This document shows, piece after piece, positions 49,708 to 56,911 of a stretch of 64,000 nucleotides of DNA (positions are counted from its first letter, which is position 1; every line of letters starts with the position of its first letter). The DNA comes from Terriglobia bacterium. Its GTDB lineage: Bacteria; Acidobacteriota; Polarisedimenticolia; Polarisedimenticolales; JAIQFR01. The stretch lies in NCBI GenBank assembly GCA_963748015.1, contig CAVVHE010000008.1:768001-832000 (forward strand), read 5' to 3'. A model generated the notes under the pieces. It worked only from the letters and a program-made list of their open reading frames with translations, was not told where the DNA came from and searched no databases. Position numbers and translations under genes: made by a program.

Positions 49708-49815
49708 GACCGGCTCCTTTCGCATGTAGCTCTGCGCTACGGTTCTTCACCGATTCGCAGCGTAACCTACGTCAACTGCGAATCGGAGCCGGTCGTTCCA
49801 TGGTGACTAGCGCGG

Positions 49816-49881
49816 CCTGAGTCCGGACACGTCCACAGACTGCCCTTTTCCGGGCAGGCGAGGAACGTGTCCGGAGTCAGG
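49816..49881. repeat. REP-like hairpin, copy 2 (inverted homologue of 47884-47957)
   Basis: GAGTCCGG-ACACGTCC-ACAGAC-TGCCC-ttttcc-GGGCA-GGCGAGGAAC-GTGTCCGGA. Confidence 0.75.
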
Positions 49882-49904
49882 TCGCGCAGCCGACGTACAC
49901 CACG

Positions 49905-49939
49905 AAGTAGAAAGGGGAGGAGCCGAAGCTCCTCCCCTT
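49905..49939 (-). terminator. Rho-independent terminator of serC
   Basis: AAGGGGAGGAGC-TTCG-GCTCCTCCCCTT followed by TCTACTT. Confidence 0.85.
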
Positions 49940-49959
49940 GGTCGGCGCGGTGAAGCGAA

Positions 49960-51054
49960 TCAGCCGTTGACGCGGACGAACTCTTCCATGAAGGCAACGA
50001 GGGTCTTGACGTTGTCCACGGTGACGGCGTTGTACGTGGAGACGCGGATGCCGCCGACGTCGCGGTAGCCCTTGAGGCCGACCATCCCGGCTTTCTTGGA
50101 CTCGGCGACGAATTTCGCGTCGAGCTCCTCGCTCGGGAGGCGGAAGGTCACGTTCATCAGGGAGCGGTGCTCCTTGGCCGAGATGTGCCCGCGGTAGAAC
50201 TCGGGGTGCTTGTCGATGCAGCCGTAGAGGATGCGCCCCTTCTCGCGGTTGTTCTTCTCGATCGCTTCGAGCCCGCCGATCGACTTGTTGTACTCGAGGA
50301 CGTTCCTGAGGATGTAGATCGCGAAGCAGGGCGGGGTGTTGTACAGGCTGTTCTTGTCGGCGTGGATCTTGTAGCGCAGGTAGCTCGGCAGGTCCTCGCG
50401 GCACTGGGCGAGCAGGTCGTCGCGGACGATAACGACCGTGACTCCCGACGGGCCGAGGTTCTTCTGCGCGCCGGCGTAGATCAGGCCGAACGGGGCGACG
50501 TCGAACTTCCGCCACATGAAGTCGGACGACATGTCGCAGGCGAGCGGCACGCCGCCGGTCTTCGGGAACTCGTGGTACTGCGAGCCGTCCACCGTGTTGT
50601 TGCTCGTGAAGTGGACGTACGCCGCGTTCGGCGTGAGCTTGAGCTCGCTCTGCGACGGCAGGCGGCGGAACTGCTCGCTCTCCGTCGAGGCCGCCAGCTT
50701 CGTCGCTTCCTTGTTGACGATCTGGGCTTCCTTGAATGCCTTCTTCGCCCAGTTCCCGGTCACGATGTAGTCGGCGACGCGCCCCCCGTGGAGGAGGTTC
50801 ATCGGGAGCATCCCGAACTGCAGGTTCCCGCCTCCCTGGAGGAGGAGGATCTTGAAGTTGTCCGGGACCTGAAGCAGCTCCTTCGTCAGCGCGATCGCCT
50901 CGGTGTGCACCGCGTCGTACTCCTTGGCGCGGTGGGAGATCTCCATCACGGACATGCCGGTGCCGGCGAAATCCAGCAGCTCCTTCTGGGCGCGCTCGAG
51001 CGGCGGGAGCGGCAGCCCGGCGGGACCGGCGTAGAAGTTGATCACTCGGGCCAT
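49960..51054 (-). CDS. serC: Phosphoserine aminotransferase
   Basis: NFYAGPA, SVMEISHR, DMSSD, YAGAQKNLGPSG, SLYNTPP, GGIRVSTYNA. Confidence 0.97.
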   Translation of the reverse strand: MARVINFYAGPAGLPLPPLERAQKELLDFAGTGMSVMEISHRAKEYDAVHTEAIALTKELLQVPDNFKILLLQGGGNLQFGMLPMNLLHGGRVADYIVTGNWAKKAFKEAQIVNKEATKLAASTESEQFRRLPSQSELKLTPNAAYVHFTSNNTVDGSQYHEFPKTGGVPLACDMSSDFMWRKFDVAPFGLIYAGAQKNLGPSGVTVVIVRDDLLAQCREDLPSYLRYKIHADKNSLYNTPPCFAIYILRNVLEYNKSIGGLEAIEKNNREKGRILYGCIDKHPEFYRGHISAKEHRSLMNVTFRLPSEELDAKFVAESKKAGMVGLKGYRDVGGIRVSTYNAVTVDNVKTLVAFMEEFVRVNG

Positions 51055-51153
51055 GCGTGCCTCCTTTGATGCTGAATCGTCGAATCGCTCTCGAGGTTCT
51101 CCGCGGCGCGTTGAGCCGCGGCCGCATCCGCGGCCGTCGGCTCTAACCGCCCC

Positions 51154-52029
51154 CTACCGCTTCCACTTTCCCAGTATCTCCACCACCGTGTCGCCGATCC
51201 GCAACAAGTTCTCCTTGCTGGAGGCGCCGATGTGCGGGGCCATGACGACGTTCGGAGCGGTGAGCAGCGCGCACGCGGGGTCCGGCGGATCGCTGTACCA
51301 GACGTCGGTGGCGTACGCACGGACGTGGCCGGACGCGAGCGCCGCGACGAGGTCCTCCTCGACCATGATCTTGCCGCGGCCGGTGTTCAACAGGATGACG
51401 CCCTTCTTCATCTTGGCCAGCGCGTCCTTGTTCACCATCCCCTTGGTGTCGGCGGTCAGCGGGGTGTGGAAGCTGATGTAGTCGGCCTGGGCATAGAGCT
51501 CGTCGAGGCTCTTCACCATTTGGACGAGGTCGTGCTTCGCCACGAACGGGTCGAAGCCGATGACCTTCATCCCGAACGCGGCCGCGCGTTTCGCCACCTC
51601 GGTCCCGATCAGCCCCACGCCGACGATCCCGAGCGTCTTCTCGAACAGCTCGGTCCGCTTCAGCTCCTTCTTGAGCCACTTCCCTTCCTTCATGCTCGTG
51701 TGGGCCTCGACGAGGCGGTTCGGCACCGCGAGCATGAGGGCCATGGCCAGCTCGGCCACCGCGACCGAGGACGCCTTCGGCGTGTTCATGACCTCGATCC
51801 CGCGCGCCTTGCACGCGTCCTTGTCCACGTTGTCGAGGCCGACGCCGCCGCGGATGATCAGCTTCAGCTTCGGCGCCCCCTCCAGGAACTCCTTCGTCGC
51901 CTTGGTCTTCGACCGGATGAGCAGGACGTCGGCCTCGGCGAGCTTGGCCATGTCGGTCACGACCTCCCCGAAGGGGGCCAACCGCCCGGGGAGCTTCTCG
52001 TCGAACGCATCCGCGATCAGGATCTTCAT
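51154..52029 (-). CDS. serA: D-3-phosphoglycerate dehydrogenase (short form, no ACT domain)
   Basis: LIRSKTK, RGGVGLDNVD, GVGLIG, NTGRG, PHIGAS; adjacent to serC. Confidence 0.88.
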   Translation of the reverse strand: MKILIADAFDEKLPGRLAPFGEVVTDMAKLAEADVLLIRSKTKATKEFLEGAPKLKLIIRGGVGLDNVDKDACKARGIEVMNTPKASSVAVAELAMALMLAVPNRLVEAHTSMKEGKWLKKELKRTELFEKTLGIVGVGLIGTEVAKRAAAFGMKVIGFDPFVAKHDLVQMVKSLDELYAQADYISFHTPLTADTKGMVNKDALAKMKKGVILLNTGRGKIMVEEDLVAALASGHVRAYATDVWYSDPPDPACALLTAPNVVMAPHIGASSKENLLRIGDTVVEILGKWKR

Positions 52030-52066
52030 CGCACTTCCTCCCAGTCGTTGAAGGACTCGGTCTTCG

Positions 52067-53305
52067 TCATTCGTCGAGCAGGCGGACCAGAAGCCCGCTG
52101 CGCAGCTTGGGCTCGAACCAGGTGGACTTCGGCGGCATCACCTTGCCGGCGTCGGCTACCGCCATCAGCTGATCGAGCGAAGTGGGGTAGAGGGAGAACG
52201 CGGCCGCGCACCCCTCCCGGCATCTCTTCTCCAGCTCTCCCATCCCGCGGATCCCGCCGACGAAGTCGATTCGCTTGTCGGTCCTGGGGTCGGCGATCCC
52301 GAGCACCGGCGCGAGGAGGTTGTCCTGGAGGATCGAGACGTCGAGCCCCTTCACCGGATCGTCCGCCGGGAACGTACCCGGCTTCGCCGAGAGTAGGCGC
52401 CACTCTCCCTCTAGGTACATCCCGAAGGTGCGGGGCCGAGTCGGACGGGGGTCGGCGGCCGGCGCGACGTCGAACCTCTCTCCGACCCGTTCGAGGAGCT
52501 GCGACGCCGTCATCCCGTTCGGGTCCTTCACCACCCGGTTGTAGTCGAGGATGCGCAGCTGGTCGTGGGGGAACACCACCGCCATGAAGTACTCGTAAGG
52601 CTCCTCTCCGGTATGCGACGCGCTCCGCGTGCGCATCAGCTGGCCGTGGCGGACCGCCGCGGCCGTCCGGTGGTGGCCGTCGGCCACGTAGAGGCAGGGG
52701 ACGGACGCGAACATCCGCTCGAGGTCCGCGATCTCCTTCGGGTCGGCCACGACCCAGACCGTGTGGGCGATCCCGTCGTCCGCGACGAGGTCGTAGACCG
52801 GCTTCCGCGCGCGGACGCGATCCACGAGCGCGTCGATCTCCTTGCGGGCTCGGTAGGCGAGGAAGACCGGCTCGGCGTTGGCGTCGCACTCCGTGACGTG
52901 CCTCGTCCTGTCGTCTTCCTTTTCCTTCCTCGTGTGCTCGTGCTTCTTGATCAGGTCCTGCTCGTACTCGCGGACGCTGCACGCCCCGACGAGGCCGGCC
53001 TGGACGTGATCGCCCATCCGCTGCTGGTAGACGTAGAAGCAAGGCGCGCCGTCACGGACCAGCTCTCCGGTGGAGATCAAGCGGCGCAGGTTCTCGACCC
53101 CCTTCGCGTACACGCGGTCGTCGTAGTGCGAGATCGCGGGATCGAGATCGATCTCCGGCTTCCCGACGTGCAGGAACGACAGCGGGTTGCCCTTCGCCAG
53201 CTCGCGGGCCTCGTCGGACGAGATCACGTCGTACGGGTACGAGGCGATGTCCTTCGCGTGCTCGGGCCGGGGGCGGTAGGCGCGGAACGGCTTGATTCGG
53301 GACAT
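52067..53305 (-). CDS. DUF1015 family protein
   Basis: PYDVI, IKKHEHT...KE.DR, YVADGHHR, ILDYNRVV, MPPKSTWFEPKLRSGL. Confidence 0.93.
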   Translation of the reverse strand: MSRIKPFRAYRPRPEHAKDIASYPYDVISSDEARELAKGNPLSFLHVGKPEIDLDPAISHYDDRVYAKGVENLRRLISTGELVRDGAPCFYVYQQRMGDHVQAGLVGACSVREYEQDLIKKHEHTRKEKEDDRTRHVTECDANAEPVFLAYRARKEIDALVDRVRARKPVYDLVADDGIAHTVWVVADPKEIADLERMFASVPCLYVADGHHRTAAAVRHGQLMRTRSASHTGEEPYEYFMAVVFPHDQLRILDYNRVVKDPNGMTASQLLERVGERFDVAPAADPRPTRPRTFGMYLEGEWRLLSAKPGTFPADDPVKGLDVSILQDNLLAPVLGIADPRTDKRIDFVGGIRGMGELEKRCREGCAAAFSLYPTSLDQLMAVADAGKVMPPKSTWFEPKLRSGLLVRLLDE

Positions 53306-53455
53306 TGACACTCCTCTGAGGGCGCAGGCGAGTCGTTTTTCGCGTGCCGGATGCGATAGTAGAGCGCACCGTCGAGGGGAAGCGCAAGGGGTGGGCGGAA
53401 CCCCGCGCGGAGCAGGGGTCGGGGGCGGGTGCCCGCCGGTCCGGCGGGCCCGGAT

Positions 53456-56077
53456 CTAGCGCGGTGAGGTGGGTGCGGGCGCTGCGGGATCCGGCTTTCT
53501 CGCGTTGGCCCGGGCGCGGGCCACGATCGCGCCGAACGCGGGGGACTCTCGAAGGATCTTGAGGTCCTCGTCCTTCGCCATCTGGTCGGCGTACTCCCAC
53601 CCGCCCTCGACCGCCTGGCGCAGCCAGTCGAGCGCGGTGCTCCGATCGCCGCCCAGCGCCGCGTTGCAGCCGAGGTTGTACAGCGTGTTGACCGTGTCCG
53701 GGTGCCGGTCGCCCTCCAGGCGGCGCTGCTTCTCGAGCACCCGGCGGAGCATGGCGTCGGCCTCGGCGTGGCGTCCCCCGACCGAGTACATCGTTGCGAG
53801 ATTGTTCATGCTGGCCAGCGTCTCGGGATGATCTTCGCCGAGCTTGCGGCGCCGTCTTTCGAGTATGTTGATTTGGAGAGCCGTCGCCTCCGGGAAGCGC
53901 CGCTGCCTGTCGTACAGAACCGCGAGCTCGTTCATCGTCTCGAGCGTGTACGGATGGTCCTCGCCCAGCACGCGCCGCTCGTGGTCGAGCGCGTCGCGGT
54001 AGAGCTTCTCCGCCTCGGCGTACCGGCCCTGTCCGGCGAGAGCCGCGGCGAGGCCGGAGATGCTACCGAGCGTCATCGGATGGTCCGCTCCGAGGACCCG
54101 CCGGAACGTCTCCATGCGCGGCCGGTACAGCTTCTCCACGTCCGCGTAGCGCCGCTGCCGGGCATAGTCTGTCGCGAGGCCGATCACGCTCGAGAGCGTG
54201 TCCTTGTGCTCCTCCCCGACAAGCCGCTGCCGCGCCTCGAGCGTCTCGCGGTCCAGCTTCTCGGCCTCGGCAAAGCGTCCCTGGCGGCGATAGACCCTGG
54301 CGAGGCTCGTCTTGTCCATGAGGGTCGCCGGGTCCTCCTCGCTCTGGACCCGGCGGCGCGTCTCCAGCAAGCGGAGGTACAGCTTCTCCGCCTCGGCGGT
54401 ACGCCCGACCTGCGCGTACTGGAAGGCGAGGGCCTGCAGCGCGGCCAGTGTCTCGGGATGGTCCTCGCCGTGAAGGCGCCGCCGCGTCTCGACGGCCTTC
54501 TCGAGGACCGGCGCCGCCTCGCGGTAGAGCCCGAGACCGACGTAGACCCTGCCCATCGTGACCAGGAGCCGCGATTGGACCTCCGGCTCGTCCGCCAGGC
54601 CCTGGCCGATCTTCTCGACGCCCTTGTCGAGGATCTCGCGCGCGGTGACCGCGCTTCCCTTCGCCTCGCTCGGGTCGGACACCTTGAACAGGTCCGTCAG
54701 GAACTCCGAGACGCGCTGCGCGGTCTTCGCCTCGCGGTTCGCGCGGTCCCGCTCGGCCGCGATCCGGCGCGCCTGCACGGTCGCGACGACCGCTGCCCCG
54801 GCGAGCACGGCGGCGAGGGCGAGGGCGACCCCGAACGCGGCCTTGTGGCGGCCCACCAGCTTCCGGAGCCGGTATGCGGCGCTCGGCGGGCGGGCGAGGA
54901 TCGGCCGGCCGTCGAGGTAGCGCTCGATGTCGTCGTCGAGGGCAGCGACGGACGGGTATCGCCGGTCGGCCTCCTTCTCGAGGGCCTTGAGGACGACGAT
55001 GGAGAGGTCTCGCTCGATCGCGCTCGACGCGCCGGGTGCCACCGGCGGCCGGGGCGCCTGCTCGCACACGATCCGAGCGGCTTCCGGGAACTCCACCCCC
55101 GACACCTCGTACGGCAGCCGGCCCGTTAGCATCCGGTACAGGATGACCCCCAGGGAGTAAACGTCGGTGCGAACGTCCACCTCGTCCCGCCGACCGCGGA
55201 CCTGCTCGGGGCTCATGTAGGAGAGCGTCCCCTGGATGCGGCCGATCTCCGTGAGGGCGGTGGCGGCGTCGGCGCCGGCGTCGGTGATCCGGGCCAGCCC
55301 GAAATCGAGGATCTTCACGTCGGGGGAATCGCCGCCGGCGTCGCCGGCCGCGGGAGCGCTCTCGCCGCCGGGCGGCCCGCTTCGCGGCGATTCCGTCACC
55401 AGGATGTTCGTCGGCTTCAGGTCGCGGTGGATGACGCCCCGCTGGTGGGCGTAGGCGACGGCGGCGGCGATCTTGCGAAAGAGCGCGAGCCGCCGGCGCA
55501 ACTCTGCTCGCGACGCGGGGGCGCCTTGCTCGTCCAGATACTCGGACAGCGGATGCCCCTGCACCAGCTCCATCGCGAAGAAGTGCTGCCCCTCGTCCGT
55601 CTGGCCCGACTCGTGGATCGCGGCGATCGAGGGGTGCTTGAGCCGCGCCAGGCTCTCCGCCTCGCGCTGGAACATGCGGACAGTGACCGCATCCACGTGG
55701 CTTCCGCCCAGGATCACCTTGAGCGCGACGGGGCGCCGCGGGCTCTGCTGCTCCGCCTCGTAGACGACCCCCATGCCGCCGCGCCCTATCTCGCGCACCA
55801 CCCGGTAGGGTCCGATCGTCGTCCCTGCAAGCTGGCGGACGTCGGCTCCGCCGTCCTCGTGCGGAGCGGAGACGGCCCCCAGGTCCACCGGGGCCTCGAG
55901 GAACGCGCCCGCGTCCGAGTCCGCCGCGAGGAGCGCTTCGATCTCCGCGCGCAGGCCGGCGTCGCCGCCGCAGCTCCGCTCGAGGAAGGACGCCCGTTCC
56001 TTCTCCCGCAGCTCCATCGCCGCTTCGAGGATCGGGGCGATCCTGCGCCAGCGGTCCGGCCCCGGCAGCGGCTTCAC
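53456..56077 (-). CDS. Ser/Thr protein kinase with TM helix and TPR repeats
   Basis: GRGGMGVVY, VALK, HRDLKPTN, DFGLA, YMSPEQ; GEDHPxTL TPR repeats; GTGA overlap with the sigma factor gene. Confidence 0.95.
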   Translation of the reverse strand: MKPLPGPDRWRRIAPILEAAMELREKERASFLERSCGGDAGLRAEIEALLAADSDAGAFLEAPVDLGAVSAPHEDGGADVRQLAGTTIGPYRVVREIGRGGMGVVYEAEQQSPRRPVALKVILGGSHVDAVTVRMFQREAESLARLKHPSIAAIHESGQTDEGQHFFAMELVQGHPLSEYLDEQGAPASRAELRRRLALFRKIAAAVAYAHQRGVIHRDLKPTNILVTESPRSGPPGGESAPAAGDAGGDSPDVKILDFGLARITDAGADAATALTEIGRIQGTLSYMSPEQVRGRRDEVDVRTDVYSLGVILYRMLTGRLPYEVSGVEFPEAARIVCEQAPRPPVAPGASSAIERDLSIVVLKALEKEADRRYPSVAALDDDIERYLDGRPILARPPSAAYRLRKLVGRHKAAFGVALALAAVLAGAAVVATVQARRIAAERDRANREAKTAQRVSEFLTDLFKVSDPSEAKGSAVTAREILDKGVEKIGQGLADEPEVQSRLLVTMGRVYVGLGLYREAAPVLEKAVETRRRLHGEDHPETLAALQALAFQYAQVGRTAEAEKLYLRLLETRRRVQSEEDPATLMDKTSLARVYRRQGRFAEAEKLDRETLEARQRLVGEEHKDTLSSVIGLATDYARQRRYADVEKLYRPRMETFRRVLGADHPMTLGSISGLAAALAGQGRYAEAEKLYRDALDHERRVLGEDHPYTLETMNELAVLYDRQRRFPEATALQINILERRRRKLGEDHPETLASMNNLATMYSVGGRHAEADAMLRRVLEKQRRLEGDRHPDTVNTLYNLGCNAALGGDRSTALDWLRQAVEGGWEYADQMAKDEDLKILRESPAFGAIVARARANARKPDPAAPAPTSPR

Positions 56078-56646
56078 GTCGCCTCCGAGGCGGAGAGTGC
56101 CCGGTAAAGGAGCGCGCGAGCGGTGCGCCAATCTCGATTCACCGTGCGAGGGTCGGTTTCGAGCACCGCCGCCGTCTCCTCGATCGACAGGCCGACGAAG
56201 AACCTCAACTCGACCATCTTCACCATCCGCTGGCTGAGCGCGGCGAGCTGGCCGAGCGCCTCGTCCACGGCCAGAACCTGTTCGGCGCTCGCCCCGCCGC
56301 CCGGCACGGCGTCCTCGAGAAGGACGGTGACCGCGGCTCCGCCGCGCTTCTGAGCTCCCCGAGCCCGGGCGTGATCCACGACGATCTGCCGCATCGCCGT
56401 GGCGGCGACCGCGAAGAAATGCGCCCGGTCCTTCCACTGGGCCCGCGATTGGTCGACGAGCTTCAGGTAGGCCTCGTGCACCAGGGCAGTCGTGTTGAGC
56501 GACGCCCCCGGGCCATGGCCGGTCAAGCGGGCGTGCGCCATCGCCCGCAGGCGGTCGTACACCAGCGGGACGAGCTGGTTGAGGGCCTCCCCGTCCCCCG
56601 CCTGCAGGGCCAGAAGCCGTTCGGTGATCTCTCCGGTTTCCGCCAT
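56074..56646 (-). CDS. ECF sigma factor, kinase-associated type
   Basis: LVPLVYDRLRAMA, TTALVHEAYLKL, DRAHFFAVAATAMRQIVVDHAR...KRGG, RDWRTARA. Confidence 0.94.
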   Translation of the reverse strand: MAETGEITERLLALQAGDGEALNQLVPLVYDRLRAMAHARLTGHGPGASLNTTALVHEAYLKLVDQSRAQWKDRAHFFAVAATAMRQIVVDHARARGAQKRGGAAVTVLLEDAVPGGGASAEQVLAVDEALGQLAALSQRMVKMVELRFFVGLSIEETAAVLETDPRTVNRDWRTARALLYRALSASEAT

Positions 56647-56911
56647 CCCGTTCATGATGCTGGCTTTAGCCCCAAGAAGCTCCAGAACGGTTCAGCCGTC
56701 CCGCGGCGTTTCCGTGGCGTGGCGGGATCCCGAGGCCGACCGCTGCCCGGCTCGCGAAAGCGCTTCGCCGCCCTCTCATCGTACCCCCAAAAGCTTTTTG
56801 CGACCCTTCATGTCGCAATTTGGGGCTGGTTTCCGTTTACCCCGTCGAAAGGCATCGGTGAGCCCGCCGGCGGAAGTCCTCGCCGTTCGGGATCAGCGAG
56901 TGGAGGGGACG

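Larger units (their letters stand above)
48261..49808 (-). mobile_element. IS110-family (IS1111-type) insertion sequence, complete
   Basis: Sub-terminal inverted repeats ATGGAACGACC (48264-48274) / GGTCGTTCCAT (49791-49801); CT core at 48259-48260 and 49807-49808; outward TTGACA at 48275-48280; long 3' non-coding end. Confidence 0.92.
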
